Source: the human T2T-CHM13v2.0 reference genome, Homo sapiens. Taken from it: a DNA stretch of 64,000 bases. Position 1 is the stretch's first letter. Every line of letters starts with the position of its first letter. Location of the stretch: the NCBI RefSeq assembly GCF_009914755.1, contig NC_060939.1. One strand, given 5' to 3'. The translations under genes and the position numbers were made by a program. Of the stretch, positions 1 through 11,246 are shown one piece after another. The notes beneath the pieces were generated by a model. That model saw only the letters and a program-made list of their open reading frames with translations, was not told where the DNA came from and ran no database searches.

Positions 1-100
1 GTCTCTCCCTCTCTGTGTGTATCTTTTGTCTTACTCTCCTTCTCTGCCTGTCCGTCTGTCTGTCTGTCTCTCTCTCTCCCTGTCCCTCTCTCTTTCTGTC

Positions 101-141
<41 letters not shown>

Positions 142-418
142 GTCTTTCTCTGTCTGTCCCTTTCTCTGTCTGTCTGCCTCTCTCTTTCTCTTTCTGTGTC
201 TCTCTGTCTCTCTCTCTGTGCCTATCTTCTGTCTTACTCTCTTTCTCTGCCTGTCTATCTGTCTGTCTCTCTCTGTCTCTCTCCCTGCCTTTCTGTTTCT
301 CTCTCTCTCCCTCTCTCGCTCTCTCTGTCTTTCTCTCTTTCTCTCTGTTTCTCTGTCTCTCTCTGTCCGTCTCTGTCTTTTTCTGTCTGTCTGTCTCTCT
401 CTTTCTTTCTGTCGTCTG

Positions 419-454
<36 letters not shown>

Positions 455-645
455 TCCTTGTCTCTCTCACTGTGTCTGTCTTCTGTCTTACTCTCCTTCT
501 CTGCCTGTCCATCTGTCTGTCTGTCTCTCTCTCTCTCTCCCTACCTTTCTGTTTCTCTCTCGCTAGCTCTCTCTCTCTCTGCCTGTTTCTCTCTTTCTCT
601 CTCTGTCTTTCTCTGTCTGTCTCTTTCTCTGTCTGTCTGTCTCTT

Positions 646-690
<45 letters not shown>

Positions 691-933
691 GCCTCTCTCA
701 CTGTGTCTGTCTTCTGTCTTATTCTCTTTCTCTCTCTGTCTCTCTCTCTCTCTCCTTTCCTGTCTGTTTTTCTCTCTCTCTCTCTCTTTCTGCCTGTTTC
801 TCTCTGTCTGTCTCTGTCTTTCTCTGTCTGTCTGCCTCTCTCTTTCTTTTTCTGCGTCTCTCTGTCTCTCTCTCTCTCTCTCTGTTCCTATCTTCTGTCT
901 TACTCTGTTTCCTTGCCTGCCTGCCTGTCTGTG

Positions 934-973
<40 letters not shown>

Positions 974-1083
974 CCTTTCTCTTTCTCTGTCTCTCTCTCT
1001 CTTTCTGGGTGTTTCTCTCTGTCTCTCTGTCCATCTCTGTCTTTCTATGTCTGTCTCTCTCTTTCTCTCTGTCTCTGTCTCTG

Positions 1084-1118
<35 letters not shown>

Positions 1119-2037
1119 GTCTCTCTCACTGTGTGTGTCTGTCTTCTGTCTTACTCTCCTTCTCTGCCTGTCCGTCTGTCTGTCTGTCTCTCCCTCTCTC
1201 TCCCTCCCTTTCTGTTTCTCTCTCTCTCTCTTTCTGTCTGTTTCTCTCTTTCTCTCTCTGTCTGTCTCTTTCTCTGTCTGTCTGTCTCTCTCTTTCTTTT
1301 TCTCTGTCTCTCTGTCTCTCTCTGTGTCTGTCTCTCTGTCTGTGCCTATCTTCTGTCTTACTCTCTTTCTCTGGCTGTCTGCCTGTCTCTCTCTCTCTCT
1401 CTGTCTGTCTCCGTCCCTCTCTCCCTGTCTGTCTGTTTCTCTCTCTGCCTCTCTCTCTCTCTGTCTGTCTCTTTCTCTGTCTGTCTGTCTCTCTCTTTCT
1501 TTTTCTCTGTCTCTCTGTCTCTCTCTGTGTCTGTCTCTCTTTCTGTGCCTATCTTCTGTCTTACTCTCTTTCTCTGGCTGTCTGCCTGTCTCTCTCTCTC
1601 TGCCTGTCTCCGTCCCTCCCTCCCTGTCTGTCTGTTTCTCTCTCTGTCTCTGTCTCTCTGTCCATCTCTGTCTGTCTCTTTCTCTTTCTCTCTCTCTGTC
1701 TCTGTCTCTCTCTCTCTCTGCCTGTCTCTCTCACTGTGTCTGTCTTCTGTCTTACTCTCTTTCTCTGCCTGCCTCTCTGTCTGTCTGTCTCTCTCCCTCC
1801 ATGTCTCTCTCTCTCTCTCACTCACTCTCTCTCCGTCTCTCTCTCTTTCTGTCTGTTTCTCTCTCTGTCTGTCTCTCTCCCTCCATGTCTCTCTCTCTCT
1901 CTCTCTCACTCACTCTCTCTCCGTCTCTCTCTCTCTTTCTGTCTGTTTCTCTCTCTGTCTGTCTCTCTCCCTCCATGTCTCTCTCTCTCCCTCTCACTCA
2001 CTCTCTCTCCGTCTCTCTCTCTCTTTCTGTCTGTTTC

Positions 2038-2098
<61 letters not shown>

Positions 2099-2131
2099 GT
2101 CTTTCTCCCTCCCTGTCTGTCTGTCTGTCTC

Positions 2132-2164
<33 letters not shown>

Positions 2165-2250
2165 TTCTCTTTCTGTCTGTTTCTCTCTATCTCTCGCTGT
2201 CCATCTCTGTCTTTCTATGTCTGTCTCTTTCTCTGTCAGTCTGTCAGACA
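1..2250 (+). repeat. Polypyrimidine (CT/CTGT)n tract of the IGS, truncated by the window start
   Basis: Almost entirely C/T with scattered G; A nearly absent. Confidence 0.97.
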
Positions 2251-2502
2251 CCCCCGTGCCGGGTAGGGCCCTGCCCCTTCCACGAGAGTGAGAAGCGCGT
2301 GCTTCGGTGCTTAGAGAGGCCGAGAGGAATCTAGACAGGCGGGCCTTGCTGGGCTTCCCCACTCGGTGTACGATTTCGGGAGGTCGAGGCCGGGTCCCCG
2401 CTTGGATGCGAGGGGCATTTTCAGACTTTTCTCTCGGTCACGTGTGGCGTCCGTACTTCTCCTATTTCCCCGATAAGCTCCTCGACTTCAACATAAACTG
2501 TG

Positions 2503-2716
2503 AAGGCCGGACGCAACACGGCGAAACCCCGTCTCTACTAAAAATACAAAGCTGAGTCGGGAGCGGTGGGGCAGGCCCCTGTAATGCCAGCTCCTCGGGA
2601 GGCTGAGGCGGGAGAATCGCTTGAACCAGGGAAGCGGAGGCTGCAGGGAGCCGAGATCGCGCCACTGCACTACGGCCCAGGCTGTAGAGTGAGTGAGACT
2701 CGGTCTCTAAATAAAT
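2503..2716 (+). mobile_element. Alu, left arm mostly missing; copy at 45030-45243
   Basis: GAAACCCCGTCTCTACTAAAAATACAAA...GGGAGGCTGAGGCGGGAGAATCGCTTGAACC. Confidence 0.9.
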
Positions 2717-3900
2717 ACGGAAATTAATTAATTCATTAATTCTTTTCCCTGCTGACGGACATTTGCAGGCAGGCATCGGTTGTCTTCGGGCATCACCTAG
2801 CGGCCACTGTTATTGAAAGTCGACGTGACACGGAGGGAGGTCTCGCCGACTTCACCGAGCCTGGGGCAACGGGTTTCTCTCTCTCCCTTCTGGAGGCCCC
2901 TCCCTCTCTCCCTCGTTGCCTAGGGAACCTCGCCTAGGGAACCTCCGCCCTGGCGGGGGCCCTATTGTTCTTTGATCGGCGCTTTACTTTTCTTTGTGTT
3001 TTGGCGCCTAGACTCTTCTACTTGGGCTTTGGGAAGGGTCAGTTTAATTTTCAAGTTGCCCCCCGGCTCCCCCCACTACCCACGTCCCTTCACCTTAATT
3101 TAGTGAGTCGGTTAGGTGGGTTTCCCCCAAACCGCCCCCCCCCCCCCGCCTCCCAACACCCTGCTTGGAAACCTTCCAGAGCCACCCCGGTGTGCCTCCG
3201 TCTTCTCTCCCCTTCCCCCACCCCTTGCCGGCGATCTCATTCTTGCCAGGCTGACATTTGCATCGGTGGGCGTCAGGCCTCACTCGGGGGCCACCGTTTT
3301 TGAAGATGGGGGCGGCACGGTCCCACTTCCCCGGAGGCAGCTTGGGCCGATGGCATAGCCCCTTGACCCGCGTGGGCAAGCGGGCGGGTCTGCAGTTGTG
3401 AGGCTTTTCCCCCCGCTGCTTCCCGCCTCAGGCCTCCCTCCCTAGGAAAGCTTCACCCTGGCTGGGTCTCGGTCACCTTTTATCACGATGTTTTAGTTTC
3501 TCCGCCCTCCGGCCAGCAGAGTTTCACAATGCGAAGGGCGCCACGGCTCTAGTCTGGGCCTTCTCAGTACTTGCCCAAAATAGAAACGCTTTCTGAAAAC
3601 TAATAACTTTGCTCACTTAAGATTTCCAGGGACGGCGCCTTGGCCCGTGTTTGTTGGCTTGTTTTGTTTCGTTCTGTTTTGTTTTGTTCGTGTTTTTCCT
3701 TTCTCGTATGTCTTTCTTTTCAGGTGAAGTAGAAATCCCCAGTTTTCAGGAAGACGTCTATTTTCCCCAAGACACGTTAGCTGCCGTTTTTTCCTGTTGT
3801 GAACTAGCGCTTTTGTGACTCTCTCAACGTGCAGTGAGAGCCGGTTGATGTTTACTATCCTTCATCATGACATCTTATTTTCTAGAAATCCGTAGGCGAA

Positions 3901-3990
3901 TGCTGCTGCTGCTCTTGTTGCTGTTGTTGTTGTTGTTGTTGTCGTCGTTGCTGTTGTCGTTGTCGTTGTTGTTGTCGTTGTCGTTGTTTT
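3901..3990 (+). repeat. (GCT/GTT/GTC)n trinucleotide microsatellite
   Basis: Direct inspection. Confidence 0.9.
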
Positions 3991-4065
3991 CAAAGTATAC
4001 CCCGGCCACCGTTTATGGGATCAAAAGCATTATAAAATATGTGTGATTATTTCTTGAGCACGCCC

Positions 4066-4661
4066 TTCCTCCCCCTCTCTCTGTCTCTCTGTCTGTCTCT
4101 GTCTCTCTCTTTCTCTGTCTGTCTTCTCTCTCTCTCTCTCTCTGTGTCTCTCTCTCTCTGCCTGTCTGTTTCTCTCTCTCTGCCTCTCTCTCTCTCTCTC
4201 TCTCTGCCTGTCTCTCTCACTGTGTCTGTCTTCTGTCTTACTCCCTTTCTCTGTCTGTCTGTCGGTCTCTCTCTCTCTCTCTCCCTGTCTGTATGTTTCT
4301 CTCTGTCTCTGTCTCTCTCTCTCTTTCTGTTTCTCTCTCTCCGTCTCTGTCTTTCTCTGACTGTCTCTCTCTTTCCTTCTCTCTGTCTCTCTCTGCCTGT
4401 CTCTCTCACTCTGTCTTCTGTCTTACTCTCTCTCTCTGCCTGCCTGTCTCTCTCACTCTCTCTCTCTGTGTGTCTCTCTCTCTCTTTCTGTTTCTCTCTG
4501 TCTCTCTGTCCGTCTCTGTCTTTCTCTGTCTGTCTCTTTGTCTGTCTGTCTTTGTCTTTCCTTCTCTCTGTCTCTGTCTCTCTCACTGTGTCTGTCTTCT
4601 GTCTTAGTCTCTCTCTCTCTCTCTCCCTGTCTGTCTGTCTCTCTCTCTCTCTCCCCCTGTC

Positions 4662-4706
<45 letters not shown>

Positions 4707-4979
4707 TTGTCTTTCTTTCTGTCTCTGTCTCTCTCTCTCTCTCTGTGTGTCTGTCTTCTGTCTTACTGTCTTTCTCTGCCTGTCTGTCTGTCTGTCTCTC
4801 TCTGTCTGTCTCTCTCTCTCTCTCCCCCCTGTCGGCTGTTTCTCTGTCTCTGTCTGTGTCTCTCTTTCTGTCTGTTTCTCTCTGTCTGTCTTTCTCTCTC
4901 TGTCTCTTTCTCTCTGTCTCTCTGTCTGTCTCTGTCTCTCTCTCTGTCTCTCTCTCTCTGTGGGGGGGTGTGTGTGTGT

Positions 4980-5016
<37 letters not shown>

Positions 5017-5267
5017 TGCCTTCTGTCTTACTCTCTTTCTCTGCCTGTCTGTCTGCCTGTCTGTTTGTCTCTCTCTCTCTGCCTGTCTCTCTCCCTTCCT
5101 GTCTGTTTCTCTCTCTTTCTGTTTCTCTCTGTCTCTGTCCATCTCTGTCTTTCTCCGTCTGTCTCTTTATCTGTCTCTCTCCGTCTGTCTCTTTATCTGT
5201 CTCTCTCTCTCTTTCTGTCTTTCTCTCTCTGTGTATCGTTGTCTCTCTCTGTCTGTCTCTGTCTCTG

Positions 5268-5300
<33 letters not shown>

Positions 5301-5345
5301 GTCTGTCTGTCCGTCTGTCTGTCTCGGTCTCTGGCTCTCGCTATC
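4066..5345 (+). repeat. Polypyrimidine (CT/CTGT)n tract with embedded (TG)n at ~4968-5015
   Basis: Direct inspection. Confidence 0.97.
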
Positions 5346-6643
5346 TCCCGCCCTCTCTTTTTTTGCAAAAGAAGCTCAAGTACATCTAATCTAATCCCTT
5401 ACCAAGGCCTGAATTCTTCACTTCTGACATCCCAGATTTGATCTCCCTACAGAATGCTGTACAGAACTGGCGAGTTGATTTCTGGACTTGGATACCTCAT
5501 AGAAACTACATATGAATAAAGATCCAATCCTAAAATCTGGGGTGGCTTCTCCCTCGACTGTCTCGAAAAATCGTACCTCTGTTCCCCTAGGATGCCGGAA
5601 GAGTTTTCTCAATGTGCATCTGCCCGTGTCCTAAGTGATCTGTGACCGAGCCCTGTCCGTCCTGTCTCAAATATGTACGTGCAAACACTTCTCTCCATTT
5701 CCACAACTACCCACGGCCCCTTGTGGAACCACTGGCTCTTTGAAAAAAATCCCAGAAGTGGTTTTGGCTTTTTGGCTAGGAGGCCTAAGCCTGCTGAGAA
5801 CTTTCCTGCCCAGGATCCTGTGTGACCAAAAGTGCCTCTGCTGGGAGCTGGGATCCTCGGGACCATGCTTGCTAGCGCTGGATGAGTCTCTGGAAGGACG
5901 CACGGGACTCCGCAAAGCTGACCTGTCCCACCGAGGTCAAATGGATACCTCTGCATTGGCCCGAGGCCTCCGAAGTACATCACCGTCACCAACCGTCACC
6001 GTCAGCATCCTTGTGAGCCTGCCCAAGGCCCCGCCTCCGGGGAGACTCTTGGGAGCCCGGCCTTCGTCGGCTAAAGTCCAAAGGGATGGTGACTTCCACC
6101 CACAAGGTCCCCACTGAACGGCGAAGATGTGGAGCGTAGGTCAGAGAGGGGACCAGGAGGGGAGACGTCCCGACAGGCGACGAGTTCCCAAGGCTCTGGC
6201 CACCCCACCCACGCCCCACGCCCCACGTCCCGGGCACCCGCGGGACACCGCCGCTTTATCCCCTCCTCTGTCCACAGCCGGCCCCACCCCACCACGCAAC
6301 CCACGCACACACGCTGGAGGTTCCAAAACCACACGGTGTGACTAGAGCCTGACGGAGCGAGAGCCCATTTCACGAGGTGGGAGGGGTGGGGGTGGGGTGG
6401 GTTGGGGGTTGTGGGGTCTGTGGCGAGCCCGATTCTCCCTCTTGGGTGGCTACAGGCTAGAAATGAATATCGCTTCTTGGGCGGAGGGGCTTCCTTAGGC
6501 CATCACCGCTTGCGGGACTACCTCTCAAACCCTCCCTTGAGGCCACAAAATAGATTCCACCCCACCCATCGACGTTTCCCCCGGGTGCTGGATGTATCCT
6601 GTCAAGAGACCTGAGCCTGACACCGTCGAATTAAACACCTTGA

Positions 6644-6877
<234 letters not shown>

Positions 6878-6922
6878 TAGATTCGAGCCACACCTCATTC
6901 CGTGCCACAGAGAGACTTCTTT

Positions 6923-9900
6923 TTTTTTTTTTTTTTAAGCGCAACGCAACATGTCTGCCTTATTTGAGTGGCTTCCTATATCATTATAATTGTGTTATAG
7001 ATGAAGAAACGGTATTAAACACTGTGCTAATGATAGTGAAAGTGAAGACAAAAGAAAGGCTATCTATTTTGTGGTTAGAATAAAGTTGCTCAGTATTTAG
7101 AGCTACCTAAATACGTCAGCATTTACACTCTTCCTAGTAAAAGCTGGCCAATCTGAATAATCCTCCTTTAAACAAACACAATTTTTGATAGGGTTAAGAT
7201 TTTTTTAAGAATGCGACTCCTGCAAAATAGCTGAACAGACGATACACATTTAAAAAAATAACAACACAAGGATCAACCAGACTTGGGAAAAAATCGAAAA
7301 CCACACAAGTCTTATGAAGAACTGAGTTCTTAAAATAGGACGGAGAACGTAGCTATCGGAAGAGAAGGCAGTATTGGCAAGTTGATTGTTACGTTGGTCA
7401 GCAGTAGCTGGCACTATCTTTTTGGCCATCTTTCGGGCAATGTAACTACTACAGCAAAATGAGATATGATCCATGAAACAACATATTCGCAAATCAAAAA
7501 GTGTTTCAGTAATATAATGCTTCAGATTTAGAAGCAAATCAAATGATAGAACTCCACTGCTGTAATAAGTCACCCCAAAGATCACCGTATCTGACAAAAT
7601 AACTACCACAGGGTTATGACTTCAGAATCATACTTTCTCTTGATATTTACTTATGTATGTATTTATTTTTTTTAATTTATTTCTCTTGAGACGGCGTCTC
7701 GCTCTGTCGCCCAGGCTGGAGTGCGATGGTGTGATCTCGGCTCACTGCAACCGCCACCTCCCTGGGTTCAAGCGATTCTCCTGCCTCAGCCTCCCGAGTA
7801 GCTGGGACTACAGGTGCCCGCCACCACGCCCAGCTAATCTTTATACTTTTAATAGAGACGGGGTTTCACCGTGTCGGCCCGGATGGTCTCGATCTCTTGA
7901 CCTCGTGACCCGCCCGCCTCGGCCTCCCAAAGTGCTGGGATGACAGGCGTGAGCCACTGAGCCCGGCCTTCTCTTGACGTTTAAACTATGAAGTCAGTCC
8001 AGAGAAACGCAATAAATGTCAACGGTGAGGATGGTGTTGAGGCAGAAGTAGGACCACACTTTTTCCTATCTTATTCAGTTGATAACAATATGACCTAGGT
8101 AGTAATTTCCTATGTGCCTACTTATACACGAGTACAAAAGAGTAAAACAGAGAGACTGCTAAATTAAAGGGTACGTGAAGTTCTTCATAGTAACTCCGTA
8201 AACTGGAACACTGTCAAAAAGCAGCAGCTAGTGAATTGTTTCCATGTATTTTTCTATGATCCAATAAGTGAACTATGCTATTCCTTTCCAGTCTCCCAAG
8301 CACTTCTTGTCCCCATCACCACTTCGGTGCTCGAAGAAAAAGTAACAAATCAAGGAACACAACTAAAGAAACACACACACAAACCAAAGACAACTACAGC
8401 GTCTGCAAAAGTTTGCTAGAAGACTGAAACTGTTGAGTATAAGGATCTGGTATTCTACGATGATCATGAGTTCACTTCAGAGTTTGTTCAAGACATACGT
8501 TTCGTAAGGAAACATCTTAGTTAGAAGTTATTCAGCAGTAGGTACCATCCCTAAGTATTTTTCACCAAATTCGTGACAATAAAGAGCTATCTAACCAGAA
8601 AAATTAGCGAGTACCGGCACCATCCATAGGGCTTTGTCTTTACGCTTCATTAGCACTTACCATGCCTTACAATGTCTAGGATTGACCCTGATAGCATTTC
8701 GAAAACAAGCTAATGCTTTGTCCAGTTCTTCAGTGAAGACAAGCTCACGCCCTAATGCGCTATAGGCATAAGCATCATTTGGATCCACTTCGAGAGTTCT
8801 CTGGAAGAATTGAATCGCAATATCGTGTTCCCGTTGCAGACCGAAACAGTTCCCTGCAGCACACCAGGCCTCTGGCTGGCGAATTTTTATCCATGTCTGT
8901 GAAGTCTTTGGACAGAACTGAAAGAGCAACCTCTTTCGGAGGATGCCAAAGTGTTGTAGAGTAGATCTCCATGCCTTCGACTCTGTAATTCTCAATCCTC
9001 CTAACCTCTGAGAATTGTCTTTCAGCTTGCGTGGACTCTGAAAGTTTACAATAGGCCCTTCCGATTTGGCACAGTACCCAACCGGTATTGCAGTGGTGAG
9101 AAGCTAGATGGCTCAAGATGCTGATAGCTTCTTTGCCGTGGTAAGAACACAAAGCTAAATAACCTTTCCCCCTTTCACGAAGAAGGCTCATCAAGCCTTC
9201 CGCTGCTGCTTTTTGTAGATTAAAAGCCTGAATCTGAGGCGCGATTGCGGCTATTTTCCCTTCTGAAATGACGGAAGAGTCCAATTTTGTCACTTCCAGG
9301 CTATCACTTATGTTCGGTGGAGTTATTGCTCCTTTATTAGTTTTACTTTTGGTTCTTCTGTTTGGGATTTTAGGTGGAAACTTCATTTTTAATTTTCTCC
9401 TATTCTCCTCGGTTGTGGAGCTGTCACTAGTCAAGAGTCGTGAATTTCTTCGAGGCGGTGCATTTGGGGGAGATGCCATAGTGGGGCTCAATACCTGAGG
9501 TGTTGCCCTTGTCGGCGGACCAGAACTTTGTGTTTTTGCAAGGACTGGAGTTACCTTTCGGCTCTTTCCCCTCTGCGAGAAGACAGACGGTGTTCCGGTT
9601 TGGCCGATTCTGGCAACAGGCTTTTCTGAAGGGGCTCCGGTGGATGGCACGTCAATGACAGACGGTGTCTCATACCAGTGCAGTTTTGTCAATAGGGTCC
9701 GTCTCCGGGACTTGGGGTTTCTAATGGCAAAATGCCAACACTTGGGGTTAATGGACTAACAGCTGCTGGTCCTCCTAATAAACTTCGACCAGTTTTTGGT
9801 TTATGTTGAACCTGTTTAGATCATATGGAAGTTCCTGTTCCCAGTGGGACAGTATCAGGTGAAAGGACAGCTGAATCGATAGAAGACACTGGGGAGTCTG

Positions 9901-10721
9901 TATTCAAGGAGTACTTTGAATTGGAAGATTCTAAATTCCATCCGTTTCATTCGACGGTGTCCTGGGGTGTTTCCGTAAGAACGGTCTCGGGCTGTCTGTG
10001 ACATAAACTAGGACGAGGTCCAAGTGTTGTGGCGCAACACTTGGACAGGCAGTTGCTAAAGCTCTCTAGAGAGGTGAATCAAAATGTTTGGTCAGGATCT
10101 GGCTTTTCCCCCCTATTTCACATCATGATTCAAAGGGACACCAGAGGAAAGGATTTCAACGAAGGCTCTTTTGGTCACATTCTGATCCTTTGGTAAGCCG
10201 ATCTGTCTTGCAATATACATGTCCCGACGATGGAAGGGGAAAGCGAGCTGAATCACCAAACTCAGGAACGATAATATCATCGTGGCTTTTCTGCTTATGA
10301 AACACTCCACCCGATAAGATTTGATCCCCTTCTGCAAGCTTGCTGAGATCAACACAACATTTCGCAAGCAGGCATTTGCATTGCGGGGTAGTACAACTGT
10401 GTCCTTTCAAGAGTCTATATGTTTTATAGGCCTTTCCTGAGCGGTAAGAACAGGTCGCCAGTAAGAACAAGGCTTCTTCTGAGTGTACTTCTGCATAAAG
10501 GCGTTCTGCGGGGGAAACCGCATCTCGGTAGGCATAGTGGTTTAGTGCTTGCCATATAGCAGCCTGGACGGGTCCCTGCAGCACCGCCATCCTCGAGGCT
10601 CAGGCCCACTTTCTGCAGTGCCACAGGCACCCCCCCCCCCCCCCATAGCGGCTCCGGCCCGGCCAGCCTCGGCTCATTTAAAGGCACCAGCCGCCGTTAC
10701 CGGGGGATGGGGGAGTCCGAG
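6923..10721 (-). pseudogene. CDC27P: CDC27 (APC3) processed pseudogene: 5'UTR, spliced CDS 10590-8661, retained intron-like 3' segment, poly(A)
   Basis: Minus-strand ORF fragments MAVLQGPVQAAIWQALNHYAYRD..., ...QIQAFNLQKAAAEGLMSLLRE... and ...EAWCAAGNCFGLQREHDIAI...RNAIRVNPRH match CDC27 without introns; premature stop near 10156 and a 4-bp CCAG duplication frameshift at 8872-8879; poly(T) 6920-6936; flanking direct repeats. Confidence 0.95.
7650..7968 (-). mobile_element. Full-length Alu inside the intron-derived part of the CDC27 retrocopy, with its own TSD; copy at +42,527
   Basis: Dimeric Alu; flanks TTCTCTTGATATTTA (7635-7649) and TTCTCTTGACGTTTA (7969-7983). Confidence 0.93.
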
Positions 10722-11246
10722 ACAGAATGACTTCTTTATCCTGCTGACTCTGGAAAGCCCGGCGCCTTGTGATCCATTGCAAACCGAGAGTCACCTCGTG
10801 TTTAGAACACGGATCCACTCCCAAGTTCAGTGGGGGGATGTGAGGGGTGTGGCAGGTAGGACGAAGGACTCTCTTCCTTCTGATTCGGTCTGCACAGTGG
10901 GGCCTAGGGCTGGAGCTCTCTCCGTGCGGACCGCTGACTCCCTCTACCTTGGGTTCCCTCGGCCCCACCCTGGAACGCCGGGCCTTGGCAGATTCTGGCC
11001 CTTCCTGGCCCTTCAGTCGCTGTCAGAAACCCCATCTCATGCTCGGATGCCCCGAGTGACTGTGGCTCGCACCTCTCCGGAAACATTGGAAATCTCTCCT
11101 CTACGCGCGGCCACCTGAAACCACAGGAGCTCGGGACACACGTGCTTTCGGGAGAGAATGCTGAGAGTCTCTTGCCGACTCTCTCTTGACTTGAGTTCTT
11201 CGTGGGTGCGTGGTTAAGACGTAGTGAGACCAGATGTATTAACTCA

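Noticed and set aside
15-5441. Long ORFs (up to 749 aa here, 951 aa at 41938) of Ser/Leu/Cys/Val or Arg/Glu
   Set aside because: Translations of (CT)n tracts; stop codons need A, which is nearly absent on the + strand
5345-5720. Possible ERV/LTR-derived fragment after the CT tract
   Set aside because: Only a vague resemblance; family and boundaries cannot be assigned without a Dfam search
8775-9692. 305-aa CDC27-like ORF as a functional gene
   Set aside because: Internal fragment of a pseudogene: upstream stop, non-ATG start, frameshifted C-terminus
10731-10750. TTCTTTATCCTGCTGAC resembling the start of the dispersed module (2740 TTCTTTTCCCTGCTGAC) at the CDC27 insertion site
   Set aside because: Match too short and none of the downstream conserved islands follow
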